A program made the position numbers and the translations under genes. From a virus (taxonomy: Duplodnaviria; Caudoviricetes): a stretch of DNA of 63,541 nucleotides. Where the stretch lies: positions 1-63,541 of IMG/VR virus record IMGVR_UViG_3300032242_000295. One strand, given 5' to 3'. Below, one piece after another: positions 1 through 9,193 of this stretch (the stretch's first letter is position 1; every line of letters starts with the position of its first letter). The notes beneath the pieces are model-generated. The model did not search any database. It was not told the origin of the DNA and worked only from the letters and a program-made list of their open reading frames with translations.

Positions 1-123
1 AACACAGCACCCGTACCAAGTTTGGACGTACTAATAGCCGCAGATGCTGAGATGCCAGAGTTGTCTATTGTTGATACTGCCATTATTTGTTCTCCAGCGC
101 TTCAATCCGAGCGGTTAGTGCGT
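1..123. repeat. Terminal direct repeat (assembly circular overlap), copy 1
   Basis: Identical to 63419-63541; it falls inside coding sequence, so it is most likely an assembler overlap rather than a physical DTR. Confidence 0.95.
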
Positions 124-1498
124 TGATTGTTTCGGCTTGTGTGTCGTTTATTGCTTTTAGTTCTTGGATTGCTTTAATCATGCGGGGGACTAACTTGCTG
201 TAATCCACGCCCCACATTTCACTTTCTGCCCCACCATGAGAAACGGCTTCTGGGGCAATAGCATCTAGTTCTTGTGCAATCACTCCATACTCTTGATGTA
301 AGTCATCTGCTTTCCAATCAAAAGACTTAATGCCAATTTGCTGTATAGATGCTATTGCAGAAGGAGCATCAACAATGTTTTTCTTTAGGCGAACATCAGA
401 TGATGTGTTGAATTGAGTAGATGAACCAGTTGTTTTAATTGTTCCTACTGCACCATTACCATTGATGAAAGCATAGTAGGTTGTTAGCCCCGTACCTGTT
501 GTAGCACAATGGTTAATAAAAGGATTCCCGCCATTTGCCTCAATACCAAAACCGTAATTGGCGTTTGAAGGGCTAATGCCATAGTTTTGATTTCCAACAT
601 ACACACTACCATTTTGATTGACACGCATACGCTCTGATATATCCGTACCAGAACCAGTTGCCGAAGTAGAAAAAATAATCAACCCACCATCTGTTGCGGT
701 AGAAACGGTTTGCATTTGAACTTGTGCAAACCTTGGATTACTTCTGTTTGAATTTCTAGCCTCAAAAATAAAACCGTTGTAACCACCATTGCCAGTAGTT
801 TCACCAACCCATACAGTATTTGTAGAGCCAGATACTTTAAAGATACGCCCTGCCGCACCATCAGCAGACGTTATTGTTGAACTACCAATCCCCACATTAC
901 CAGAGGAGTCGATACGCATACGTTCTGTACCGCCTTCCGTAGCAACAGCAAACGAGTCCGTCCCCGGAGAGCCAAGCCAAACACCTGATGTCCCAATGTT
1001 ATATTTAAGTGCTATATCAAACTGCTCTGAATTAGCGGTAAAGTATGAACGACCACCAGAAACATGAAATTTGCCTGACGGGGAAGTAGTACCAATACCC
1101 ACATTCTGTGAAGTATCAATAGTTACTGCCGTAGTAGGCGATGTACCAGTCTGCAGCGTTAGGCTTGAGTTACCACTGGCTATGTTGGTGATGTTTCCCA
1201 AACTCGTTGTATTTACTGACCCCTGCGATGGCGCAATCACCTGCGTTATCGGGCTTGTGTAATAAACATAAATGTTGTTAGTCCCGCTGGATGGTGCGGA
1301 AGTGAATGTGATTGTGTTGCTACTGACTGTGTAGGCTGAACTGGGGTTCTGGGCTACGTTGTTAACCACCACCTGCACCTGCGCCACAGACGCGACTGGG
1401 CGAGACAGCGTAAATGCAGTCGTACTTGCGTTACCGCTGAAGTAATCAACGGCTGGCGTGAAAGCCTGCTGGGTAGAGGAGTTACCAATTACTGCCAT
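83..1498 (-). CDS. Tail fibre protein with C-terminal intramolecular chaperone (peptidase S74-like) domain
   Basis: NVGIGTTSP and ERMRIDSSGNVGIG fibre repeats; SSDVRLKKNI...GVIAQEL...VDYSKL..IKAIQEL chaperone signature. Confidence 0.85.
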   Translation of the reverse strand: MAVIGNSSTQQAFTPAVDYFSGNASTTAFTLSRPVASVAQVQVVVNNVAQNPSSAYTVSSNTITFTSAPSSGTNNIYVYYTSPITQVIAPSQGSVNTTSLGNITNIASGNSSLTLQTGTSPTTAVTIDTSQNVGIGTTSPSGKFHVSGGRSYFTANSEQFDIALKYNIGTSGVWLGSPGTDSFAVATEGGTERMRIDSSGNVGIGSSTITSADGAAGRIFKVSGSTNTVWVGETTGNGGYNGFIFEARNSNRSNPRFAQVQMQTVSTATDGGLIIFSTSATGSGTDISERMRVNQNGSVYVGNQNYGISPSNANYGFGIEANGGNPFINHCATTGTGLTTYYAFINGNGAVGTIKTTGSSTQFNTSSDVRLKKNIVDAPSAIASIQQIGIKSFDWKADDLHQEYGVIAQELDAIAPEAVSHGGAESEMWGVDYSKLVPRMIKAIQELKAINDTQAETINALTARIEALENK

Positions 1499-1499
1499 A

Positions 1500-1826
1500 T
1501 TAGAGCACCGTCATTCCTGATACCCAAGCATCGGCTGATGTCGCTGCGCTTGAGACTATTACCAAAGCATCGCTTGCCTGCAACATAATCCTGCTGCCTT
1601 GGATACATTCATTAGACCCGCCTACCGCCACCGTAGCGCCCTTGACTATGTAGTAGTTGACCGCTGAACGGGTAACGTAGACATCACAAGTGATTGGGCT
1701 AGAAGATGTGTTTGACACGATAAGGCTGGCTACAGCCAAGGTCGTTGATGAGGCTACTGTCGTTGCAGTCGAACCGCTGGTGCTGACGTTCTTTACTGCA
1801 TAGGATACGTTGGTGTATGTAGTCAT
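1500..1826 (-). CDS. Putative virion structural protein (tail region)
   Basis: Thr/Ser-rich beta-type protein tightly packed in the tail operon. Confidence 0.55.
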   Translation of the reverse strand: MTTYTNVSYAVKNVSTSGSTATTVASSTTLAVASLIVSNTSSSPITCDVYVTRSAVNYYIVKGATVAVGGSNECIQGSRIMLQASDALVIVSSAATSADAWVSGMTVL

Positions 1827-1829
1827 GGT

Positions 1830-2201
1830 TTATCCGTTTATCAGTCCCATAAAGTACGCTTGGTCAAGGATGTTTTGCGTAGGGGGGTTGTTAGTCACCG
1901 AGTATTCGGCAGGGTAGGTTACGAAGACATCCTTTGTCCCCGCTGCAAAGTTAACCAAAGAGCCTGAGTTGCTAGACGATAGCACTGTGGTGCGGGCAAG
2001 CGTTGGGCCTGTGGTTGAATATGTACCGATTCCAACTTCCCAGTTGTTACCGTTTTGCTCTGCGATTGTGTAATACGTTGTATTAGTGTTGCCAATCACG
2101 GCAAAGGTCTGGTATCCTTGGAAAGCACCGAGGAGCGTCACCGAACCCGTACCTGTTGTGGTAGTGGTTTCCCTAACGCGGTCTGCTAGTACAAGTGCCA
2201 T
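1830..2201 (-). CDS. Tail fibre-associated structural protein
   Basis: MALVLADRVRETTTTTGTG...WEVGIGTY...AGTKDVFVTYPA resembles a common phage fibre N-terminal module. Confidence 0.65.
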   Translation of the reverse strand: MALVLADRVRETTTTTGTGSVTLLGAFQGYQTFAVIGNTNTTYYTIAEQNGNNWEVGIGTYSTTGPTLARTTVLSSSNSGSLVNFAAGTKDVFVTYPAEYSVTNNPPTQNILDQAYFMGLING

Positions 2202-2209
2202 GTCTTTCC

Positions 2210-2872
2210 TTATTGCGTGTTAATCACGACCCAGCCTGCTGTCTCGGAGTCGTTAATTAAAGTCCAGCCCGGCGTCTGAGGACTATTGATATTTTGCCAG
2301 TTTGCGTCCTGACTGTCTATGACAATAGTCCAGTAAACAGCCGCTACCGTTCCCTGTGTAGCCGTGGCTAAAAGCCCAGTTAATGCCGGTGATAAAACCA
2401 CCCCCAATGACCCATTAGCCGCAGATGCCGTATTACCTGATATGGCAATACTCTTGTCTGGAGATAATGCTCCCTTAAGCCCTTGGGCAGACAGTCCAGT
2501 CAAAGCAACCGTGACGCTAACCCCAACTTGCCCGCCAAAAGCAAGTGCAGCGTCCCCAAGTAATGGGTAAGACTTATTAACTGTAAGGGTTCCGACAAAC
2601 CCGCTGGCTGTCAGTCCCGTCAGGGCTATTGTAATACTTGGAGTCAGGACTCCTGCGTAAGCAGCGGCAGCATTACCTGTCAATCCAATCTGCGGTACGG
2701 GAGTTAGTGTCCCTACAAAAGCCGAACTAGTCAGACCAGTCAGCGCTACGGTAGAACTAGGGGTTAATGTCCCGACAAATCCAGACGCAGACAACCCCGT
2801 CAGGGCTATGAACTTGTCGTTCGAACCTAGACTTGCAAACGGGGATTGTGCGTAAGCGGATATGCCAAACAT
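2210..2872 (-). CDS. Repeat-rich virion fibre-like protein
   Basis: About 8 imperfect ~20-aa repeats (ALTGLxAxGFVGTLT). Confidence 0.6.
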   Translation of the reverse strand: MFGISAYAQSPFASLGSNDKFIALTGLSASGFVGTLTPSSTVALTGLTSSAFVGTLTPVPQIGLTGNAAAAYAGVLTPSITIALTGLTASGFVGTLTVNKSYPLLGDAALAFGGQVGVSVTVALTGLSAQGLKGALSPDKSIAISGNTASAANGSLGVVLSPALTGLLATATQGTVAAVYWTIVIDSQDANWQNINSPQTPGWTLINDSETAGWVVINTQ

Positions 2873-2898
2873 GGTCTACGGCTCTAAGCCGCCTCCGC

Positions 2899-3375
2899 TT
2901 ATGTTGTTGCTATGCGAATCAACGCTGTCGTTGTGGTATTACTGGGCATTGTCAGTGTAAACGTGCCAGCCGTAATAGTCTGTGAACCAAACGTGTAAAC
3001 GCCAACTGCCTTGTTAGACTGGGTGGAGTTATAAATCAGAACGGTATCAAACGCTGTAGACAGTGTGACGTTTGTATATACAAGCGAAGCTGAAGGAGTC
3101 CAGTATGCTGTACCAGCCGTGGATGATGTGTTTGTTGAAGCAGGGGCGTTAGCATTAGTAACGGTCACGCCACCAGCTGTGTAGTTGGTTCCAGACACCT
3201 CACCAGTAGCCGAATACGCTGTAGTTGCCGCGTTGTAAGTGGCTGATGCTAAATACAAAGCACCTTTGAAGGTGTCTGCGGTTGTGGCTGCGCGAATAGG
3301 AGCAGTACCAAAGTTATGTGTTCCGTTGAGCAAATCGCTCAAGAAAGATGTGCAAAGGGATGCGGTGTTTGCCAT
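2899..3375 (-). CDS. Virion structural protein, paralog of 3576..4007
   Basis: Shares TFKxALY, TTAYxATGExSGxNYxAGG and AIIRIA/ALIRIA with 3576..4007. Confidence 0.7.
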   Translation of the reverse strand: MANTASLCTSFLSDLLNGTHNFGTAPIRAATTADTFKGALYLASATYNAATTAYSATGEVSGTNYTAGGVTVTNANAPASTNTSSTAGTAYWTPSASLVYTNVTLSTAFDTVLIYNSTQSNKAVGVYTFGSQTITAGTFTLTMPSNTTTTALIRIATT

Positions 3376-3384
3376 GATGGCTCC

Positions 3385-3576
3385 TTATACAAAGTTTTGT
3401 ATCTCGCCACCTACAAAAGCTGGCGTTTTTTTCAAAGTCACATGGGCGGAGCGGTGGACTAACTCAGCATCTTTCCAATATTCAACCCAAGTAGTTAATT
3501 CGTTGTCGTCTTCAAAGACGCCCTCTTTCTTTTCTAAGAGAGATTCATCCATGTCGCCGTAGATTGTGGTTACCAT
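3385..3576 (-). CDS. Hypothetical protein
   Basis: 63-aa ORF translationally coupled within the operon. Confidence 0.6.
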   Translation of the reverse strand: MVTTIYGDMDESLLEKKEGVFEDDNELTTWVEYWKDAELVHRSAHVTLKKTPAFVGGEIQNFV

Positions 3577-4007
3577 TACGCGATCCTTATGATGGCTGAA
3601 GTGTTGGTTACTGCCGGGAATTGTACGGTGAATGTACTAGAACTTGACTTGTCATTTCCAAAGTCCAACACACAAACTGCGGGGTTGGTTGACCCGTTGT
3701 ACAAGTAAATTAACGCCCCTCTAGCGGTAATTGCGCCTGTCCAAGCGGCGTTGTTGAAGGAAATGTATGCGGTCGTTCCGCCAGTTAATCCCACAGTGGG
3801 CGTTTGGGCAATCACCAAACTTTGTCCACCAGCAGCATAATTCCCCCCCGACGCTTCTCCAGTGGCAGTGTAAGCCGTGGTACTTGCGTTTAAGGTTGCT
3901 GCGTTTGTATACAGAGCTATTTTGAAAGTACCGCTCGTAAAGTTGTACGTCCCATTCATCAGACCCGTCTTGAATACGTTGCATGAGTAATTCCCCGTGA
4001 AAGCCAT
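3576..4007 (-). CDS. Virion structural protein, paralog of 2899..3375
   Basis: Shared motifs with the paralog; overlapping stop/start junctions. Confidence 0.7.
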   Translation of the reverse strand: MAFTGNYSCNVFKTGLMNGTYNFTSGTFKIALYTNAATLNASTTAYTATGEASGGNYAAGGQSLVIAQTPTVGLTGGTTAYISFNNAAWTGAITARGALIYLYNGSTNPAVCVLDFGNDKSSSSTFTVQFPAVTNTSAIIRIA

Positions 4008-4735
4008 TATCTAATCCCCGTGTTCTGAGGTAGAGGAGCCTCACGATACTGACCACTGCGGTACGCATCGCTACGCTCAAGTCCATCTCCAAGGCGCTTG
4101 GCTTGCATCAGTGCTTCTTTGTATTTTCCGTCATACAAAGCAATTAAATCTTGTTCACCCTTCATGTAGGTGTATGCCTCAACTAGTGATCCGTATAACA
4201 GAACGGTGTCATAGTTATCCCCAAGCCAAGTATGTCCAGTAGAGGATGTAGTAATAGACTCTGGGTAGTAATAGTAATGGAGCTCTGCCGAGTACACATT
4301 GTCTGGCGTTGGTCCTAGAATAAAAGACAATTCATTACTAATCGCTAATGAAATCACTGTCGGTCCAAACAAAGCATAGAACTTTGGCAGTCCCGTAGCG
4401 GTTGGATCAGGATACGCCTCACGGATAAAGTTAACATCTTTGTTAAGTAGATACGTGTATGTACCAGATGCGTCTATAACCGCTAAGGAATATACCGATA
4501 AAAAATCATCAGGGGCAGATAGGTATTTGTTATTTGCCGTAATGGAGCCTGTGGCGTTTTTGCGCAGGGATGGGAACTGAATGGTATTGAAGATGCGCTG
4601 TTCAGCTTGCTCGATAAAGCGATTGATTTGCGTAGTCGAAGACACAACTGTTCCGTCCGACAATGTAGTCGCAGGGAATGTGTTCTCGGTATACGTCTCA
4701 ATCGCCGTTACCAGCTCGCTGTACGTCATGCTCAT
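4007..4735 (-). CDS. Putative head-tail adaptor / tail tubular protein
   Basis: MTYSELVTAIETYTE...FIEQAEQRI...LLYGSLVEAYTYMKG resembles podovirus adaptor-like proteins; genomic context. Confidence 0.6.
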   Translation of the reverse strand: MSMTYSELVTAIETYTENTFPATTLSDGTVVSSTTQINRFIEQAEQRIFNTIQFPSLRKNATGSITANNKYLSAPDDFLSVYSLAVIDASGTYTYLLNKDVNFIREAYPDPTATGLPKFYALFGPTVISLAISNELSFILGPTPDNVYSAELHYYYYPESITTSSTGHTWLGDNYDTVLLYGSLVEAYTYMKGEQDLIALYDGKYKEALMQAKRLGDGLERSDAYRSGQYREAPLPQNTGIR

Positions 4736-5010
4736 GCCATCGGACCTCTAGACATAAATCCTTTAGTCGCACAGCCAGCACCACGCATTTTGATGCCATC
4801 TGTCTTGATAGGCTCATCTCCAGCAGAAATGCTGAACTGCCCCAGACTGACGTCGGCTGTATCTAATTTGCTGCGGTTCTTACCAAAGCCGGGGTTAGTG
4901 CCGTCTTTATAGTTAACGTCAAGTTTCTTGCCATCCATAGTGTGTGGCTGTGCATAGACTTCGGCTGGACCGACTTCTTTGCCTTTTTGTTTCATACTGA
5001 ATTTAGCCAT
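4732..5010 (-). CDS. Small basic protein (putative internal virion protein)
   Basis: Start moved to MAKFSMKQ behind a GGAGG RBS; C-terminal RGAGCATKG is a variant of the shared tag. Confidence 0.65.
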   Translation of the reverse strand: MAKFSMKQKGKEVGPAEVYAQPHTMDGKKLDVNYKDGTNPGFGKNRSKLDTADVSLGQFSISAGDEPIKTDGIKMRGAGCATKGFMSRGPMA

Positions 5011-5011
5011 A

Positions 5012-5224
5012 TTAACCTCCGCGTGGAGCGCCACGACCGTTAGCCATCATCTTTGCAATGTTGCGACCATACTGCTTCATGCCTTCGTTGGTTTTGCCGC
5101 CAGCCATTCCGCCTTTAGCAAGCTTCAACTTAGTGCCTTTTCCGCCCTTATGTTCTTGCATATCATGCTGTTTAAACGCCTTCTTGATCATAGCTTTATC
5201 TTGCGCTAAATCGTCTTTTTCCAT
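5012..5224 (-). CDS. Small basic Gly/Lys/Met-rich protein
   Basis: RBS present; LAKGG motif. Confidence 0.65.
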   Translation of the reverse strand: MEKDDLAQDKAMIKKAFKQHDMQEHKGGKGTKLKLAKGGMAGGKTNEGMKQYGRNIAKMMANGRGAPRGG

Positions 5225-5232
5225 TTCAACTC

Positions 5233-5661
5233 CTAAGTTGTTGCTACCGTGACTGTACCAATTTGTACACTTAAAACCAAGTTATTTGGAGTAAGTGACG
5301 CATCAAAACTCTCTGAACCTCCAACTGGAGCCCATCCCCACTGGAATATCCTGCTACCACCCTCAACAGTTCCAACACCACTCTGGGTAGTGCCGCCGTT
5401 TACATTTATCTGCAGACCACTTGTACCAGACAATACATAACTCCGATCTGGTCGAGGGTTACGCAATCCCTGCGGATCATCCACAGGAAACATTCCCAGC
5501 TGAAGCTGAGGGTGGTCTGGGTCCCAACACTGGGGACAGACAAGTAAGTCGTATTTCTTAAGCTTAATTATCTCAGTTTTTAGGACGGAGAGTTTAAACC
5601 TGAAGCCACATCGATCACATTCAGCAATCGCATGCTTGCCAGAAGCAAAACGATTGCCCAT
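5233..5661 (-). CDS. Zn-binding phage protein (CxxC...CxxC)
   Basis: ECDRCGF and VCPQCWD motifs, HPQL and RPD; in the structural operon. Confidence 0.7.
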   Translation of the reverse strand: MGNRFASGKHAIAECDRCGFRFKLSVLKTEIIKLKKYDLLVCPQCWDPDHPQLQLGMFPVDDPQGLRNPRPDRSYVLSGTSGLQINVNGGTTQSGVGTVEGGSRIFQWGWAPVGGSESFDASLTPNNLVLSVQIGTVTVATT

Positions 5662-6236
5662 TAGATAACCCTACCTTTTGTCCTTCCGCGCTGGGCAACC
5701 CCGTCGGCACGGCTAGATGCTGTCACTTTTCCGCCTTTTTTAAACGGCAACTGATAACTCAAGTTACCCATTTTGTTGTCGCCGCTTTTACCAAAAGATG
5801 CGTTTAAACGACCTTCTCCAAGTTTTGTACTGTAACCAATGTTGTGACCTCGCCCAACTTTCTCGCCGTGGCTTACAACCTCATTGGTATTGGCAAACAA
5901 TCTACCATTACCAAGCGGCATATCTCCGCTTATCTCTCTGACTTGTGTGTGAGGATCTTTGTTGGAGCGTGATAAGGAAGCAGAAACTGAACCCTCGCCA
6001 ACTGGCATCCTGTATGACGCTCTAGTTTGATAGGGTGAATAATTCTCAGACTTGGCTCCCTTGATGTCTTCGTCTTCCATCTTGCCAAGCATTGTCTGAA
6101 GAGAAAGACCATCTTTCTCGGCACGTAGCCCTGCAGAGCTGCCCTCTTTAGAACCCATTCGCATTTTTCCTGCAAATGGTTGAACTAAAGATTCTTCATC
6201 TTCTCCAGAATATTTTTTAACTTTACGGCTACCCAC
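5661..6236 (-). CDS. Beta-strand-rich (beta-barrel-like) protein with C-terminal shared tag
   Basis: Alternating amphipathic strands ending LSYQLPF, then KKGG and SSRADGVAQRGRTKGRVI. Confidence 0.55.
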   Translation of the reverse strand: MGSRKVKKYSGEDEESLVQPFAGKMRMGSKEGSSAGLRAEKDGLSLQTMLGKMEDEDIKGAKSENYSPYQTRASYRMPVGEGSVSASLSRSNKDPHTQVREISGDMPLGNGRLFANTNEVVSHGEKVGRGHNIGYSTKLGEGRLNASFGKSGDNKMGNLSYQLPFKKGGKVTASSRADGVAQRGRTKGRVI

Positions 6237-6238
6237 GG

Positions 6239-7183
6239 TTATCTCCCGATATAGGTTTGCCTAGGCACTAAACGCAATGCTGCCTTCTCATGATCCTCGT
6301 ATGCAGCCAATTCCCAAGCCTCGTCGTATTGTTGTTTAAGCATAGGAATACGCTCCATGCCTGTTGGTATCTTGCCGGCGATGTAATACGAAAGTCCTGC
6401 TGCCATGCATGGGATAAACCGGAAAGGAACATCCATGATGTTTACACCGTTGCCGGCGTCTTGTGTTCTGCGCATGCGCCAGTAAGCAAATGTATATTGC
6501 TGGGCGCTGTCTGGCGTGGGCCAGACCGTTATAGCTGGTAACTGTTGCCAGTACACCGTCGCCGCAGAACTATGCGACGCCGCTATTGTGTTGTTTTGTC
6601 CACGGAAACAATTGTTCAATGTTCCTGAGTTAGCGCCAGATGTCTGGGTGATGTAGCTGTAGTTAATTGTCTCTGAGTCAATCTTGACAAAACCAGATGC
6701 GGGTAAACCCGTAACATCACTCACGGAGATGGTTGTATCTGTTGCCCCGATTGAGGATGACAGAGTACAAGCTACAGGTGTAGTCTGGGCGTTGTAGCGC
6801 TGAATCCAGACCTGAATGGGTCTGGCTTGTTGAATCTTATTGGGGATCGTAGCGTAGGTTGAAACGCTAATTCTTGTGATAGTAAGGTCTGCTTGAGTTG
6901 CAGTGTTGTTAGCACCTGTGCGAATAACATGCTCCAACAGATCAATCGTGTCTGCTGGCAATGCGTAAGTATTCTGCCCTTGAACAAAACTGATTGTTCC
7001 GGGCTCAATAGACCAAAGGTTTATTCCTCGGTTAGCCCAGTCTGAGAACATAATGTTTAAACTGCGCCGGGCAGTCCTTAAGTCATACCCCGAGCGCAGC
7101 TCTCCTCCGGCGCGTTCAAACGCCTCCTCGACTAACTCAGTTAAGTCAAGGTTAAATCCGCTTGTTCCGGAGGTGTTTGCCAT
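6239..7183 (-). CDS. Putative head-tail connector / tail tubular protein with inserted beta domain
   Basis: LTELVEEAFERAG...ARRSLNIMFSDWANRGINLW...DVPFRFIPCMAAGLSYY, typical of this phage group. Confidence 0.65.
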   Translation of the reverse strand: MANTSGTSGFNLDLTELVEEAFERAGGELRSGYDLRTARRSLNIMFSDWANRGINLWSIEPGTISFVQGQNTYALPADTIDLLEHVIRTGANNTATQADLTITRISVSTYATIPNKIQQARPIQVWIQRYNAQTTPVACTLSSSIGATDTTISVSDVTGLPASGFVKIDSETINYSYITQTSGANSGTLNNCFRGQNNTIAASHSSAATVYWQQLPAITVWPTPDSAQQYTFAYWRMRRTQDAGNGVNIMDVPFRFIPCMAAGLSYYIAGKIPTGMERIPMLKQQYDEAWELAAYEDHEKAALRLVPRQTYIGR

Positions 7184-7185
7184 GA

Positions 7186-7428
7186 TTATTCTGCTGCAAC
7201 CTTAGATTTCTTTGGCTTTTCTTCAACAACTTCCTCAACTACGGGAGCCTCAACTACGACTTCCACGACAGGAGCGGGATCAACTGCTGGAGCAGGAATC
7301 AACTTAACAAGCAGTTCTGCCACATCTTCTGGAACAACGCCAGATGCATTTTTATGCACTTCAGCGTACATGTTTAAACTTGTAATCAGGAGTTGTGCTT
7401 CTTCTTGAGTTACGTTAAGTGCTGACAT
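7186..7428 (-). CDS. Hypothetical protein
   Basis: AAGGA RBS; VVEAPVVEE low-complexity tail. Confidence 0.5.
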   Translation of the reverse strand: MSALNVTQEEAQLLITSLNMYAEVHKNASGVVPEDVAELLVKLIPAPAVDPAPVVEVVVEAPVVEEVVEEKPKKSKVAAE

Positions 7429-7437
7429 TTGATTTCC

Positions 7438-7611
7438 TTATTTCATCTTCTTTAGGGTTTGAGCTAGACGAGCACGTTGTCCCATCTTGCCGGGGGCTTT
7501 GGCTGCTTTCGCCAACTTCTTTGCGGGAATCGTTTTCCCTTCTTTCACACCAAGCTCGGAGCGCAGAGCCCCGGGTTTCTTGATTGCTTTTTGTATCCAT
7601 TTCTCAGCCAT
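7438..7611 (-). CDS. Small basic protein, 57 aa (absent from ORF track)
   Basis: Read manually: MAEKWIQKAIKKPGALRSELGVKEGKTIPAKKLAKAAKAPGKMGQRARLAQTLKKMK; start overlaps the upstream stop. Confidence 0.75.
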   Translation of the reverse strand: MAEKWIQKAIKKPGALRSELGVKEGKTIPAKKLAKAAKAPGKMGQRARLAQTLKKMK

Positions 7612-7814
7612 TACAGTTTCTCCGCAGTTTCGTGAGCTTGTAAAAACCCTTTCAAGCGTTCGATCTCTTTATCGCGCTCTTCCAATTTACGGATCAAACT
7701 CTCGTTCATATCAGCCCAAACTAGGATCTGGTTTAAACGCTCTTTATGATCGTTGCGCATCATCTCAAACAAGCGCTCGCTTGTATCAATTTGCTTTTGG
7801 ATATAGCCAATCAT
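7611..7814 (-). CDS. Hypothetical coiled-coil protein
   Basis: Coupled overlaps on both sides. Confidence 0.6.
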   Translation of the reverse strand: MIGYIQKQIDTSERLFEMMRNDHKERLNQILVWADMNESLIRKLEERDKEIERLKGFLQAHETAEKL

Positions 7815-8044
7815 CTAAACCTCGCTGTTTTTTGGGCTATGCCCTTGGGTTGTGCTACGAATTGCTTCCCGGCTTTTTTGCCAGCACGTTTCGCACGTGT
7901 TGTAGCAGCGTACTCAGAAGGGCTGAGGCTTTTGATAGCAGCTTCTGGAAGGTATCTTTCACCAGTTTTACTAGACGGTTTACCACTCTTTGTTCTCCAT
8001 TTTTGGTCACCCCAGTTTTTAAGTGACTGTTGTGGCGCTTTCAT
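7811..8044 (-). CDS. Small basic protein (DUF5872-like, C-terminal part)
   Basis: MKAPQQSLKNWGDQKWRTKSGKPS..TGERYLP motif; start moved to MKAPQ. Confidence 0.65.
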   Translation of the reverse strand: MKAPQQSLKNWGDQKWRTKSGKPSSKTGERYLPEAAIKSLSPSEYAATTRAKRAGKKAGKQFVAQPKGIAQKTARFR

Positions 8045-8045
8045 G

Positions 8046-8321
8046 TTAATCCCTGTACCCGCCGCCTGCGGCTTTGTACTTCTTGGCAACCAGTTGGGCT
8101 TTACGTGCTGACCATTGACCAGCGCCTGTGCCCTGAGTTGCTGCGGCTTTTACTTGAGCAACAATTCTTTTGCGAAGACTTGGCTTTGTGTAATTACCAG
8201 CGGCGTTTACCTTTCCGCCTTCAGCGTACTCGGTAAAGTCGGTGTTATCCCTACGGGGCTTTTTCTGCCCTCTTGGCATTTTGGATGGGTTAATAACACC
8301 CATTCCGCGACTTGCCATCAT
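8046..8321 (-). CDS. Small basic protein (DUF5872-like, N-terminal part)
   Basis: NYTKPSLRKRI...GQWSARKAQL..KKYKAAGGGY, preceded by YAEGG; start moved to MMASRG behind an AAGGA RBS. Confidence 0.65.
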   Translation of the reverse strand: MMASRGMGVINPSKMPRGQKKPRRDNTDFTEYAEGGKVNAAGNYTKPSLRKRIVAQVKAAATQGTGAGQWSARKAQLVAKKYKAAGGGYRD

Positions 8322-8331
8322 AGGGATGTCC

Positions 8332-8991
8332 TTAGCAAACTTTGCCGCGAGTCTTGCCCTTTTGAGCAATACCGTCAGCACGTGAAGAAGCAGATGAAGC
8401 CATGCCGCCTTTAGCCATCTTGACAACCTTACCGCCACGCTTCATTTCATCGCTGTCGTAATAGCTGCTTGGGCGAGCCAAAGATGATGTCTTTACTGGC
8501 TTTTCTTTTTCTGCTTTCTTCTTAGCAAGATACTCCATTGCCATTCTGTCTTGGAAACGTAAGTTTGGCGCTGGGGCTTTCTTGCCACTGCCGATGCCAG
8601 AAGGAGCAAAGTCTGTTTCGGTAGCATCAGACGCCCCAGATGGAATTTGAGTTGGACCGTCTCCGCCTCTAACTTTTTGCCCTGACATGCCGGTAGGATT
8701 TCTAACAGCGCTTTGGACCTTAGCCATGCTAGAACGGCTTGGCTTGTTTGCCATTTGATTAGCATTGAACTGATCCATAACGGCGCGGCTACTTGCAGCG
8801 TCTTGAGCGCCTTCTAAATCGCCAAACTCAGTATCCTTCATTGGGCTCATGGCTGCAGTCATTGGCTTTTGACCATAACTTGGCTGAACATCAACTCCGG
8901 TATCGGTATCGCGGTCAGCACCTTTTTTTCTGTTAGCCATCATCATGCCCAAAGCACCGAGGGCAGCTAAACCTGCTAAGTCACGTGGCAT
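8332..8991 (-). CDS. Low-complexity protein with N-terminal hydrophobic helix and C-terminal shared tag
   Basis: GGAGG RBS; ends MKRGG..MAKGG..SSRADGIAQKGKTRGKVC. Confidence 0.7.
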   Translation of the reverse strand: MPRDLAGLAALGALGMMMANRKKGADRDTDTGVDVQPSYGQKPMTAAMSPMKDTEFGDLEGAQDAASSRAVMDQFNANQMANKPSRSSMAKVQSAVRNPTGMSGQKVRGGDGPTQIPSGASDATETDFAPSGIGSGKKAPAPNLRFQDRMAMEYLAKKKAEKEKPVKTSSLARPSSYYDSDEMKRGGKVVKMAKGGMASSASSRADGIAQKGKTRGKVC

Positions 8992-9000
8992 ATAGCCTCC

Positions 9001-9183
9001 TTATTTCTTTTTGCCGTAGCTCATGCCGCCGCCGCACATTGCACGAACTTTATCTTGCTCGTACATGTGACCAGCGCTATGAGGCATGAAATTTTTGCTG
9101 TGGTGATCGTGACCAGCAGCGTGCTCTTTGATTGCTTCGTGCTGCATCTTATGTGCAGGAGCGCTCATCATTTGCTTTTCCAT
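9001..9183 (-). CDS. Small His/Met-rich protein
   Basis: AAGGAG RBS before MEKQMM; MCGGG motif. Confidence 0.6.
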   Translation of the reverse strand: MEKQMMSAPAHKMQHEAIKEHAAGHDHHSKNFMPHSAGHMYEQDKVRAMCGGGMSYGKKK

Positions 9184-9193
9184 GTTGATCTCC

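Noticed and set aside
1-123. 123-bp terminal repeat as a biological DTR
   Set aside because: It falls across two tail genes and has the size of an assembler overlap; it only shows circularity or terminal redundancy.
7487-8026. 179-aa plus-strand ORF and similar antisense ORFs (e.g. 15484..16131, 46091..46834)
   Set aside because: They are shadows of well-supported minus-strand genes, with no recognisable motifs.
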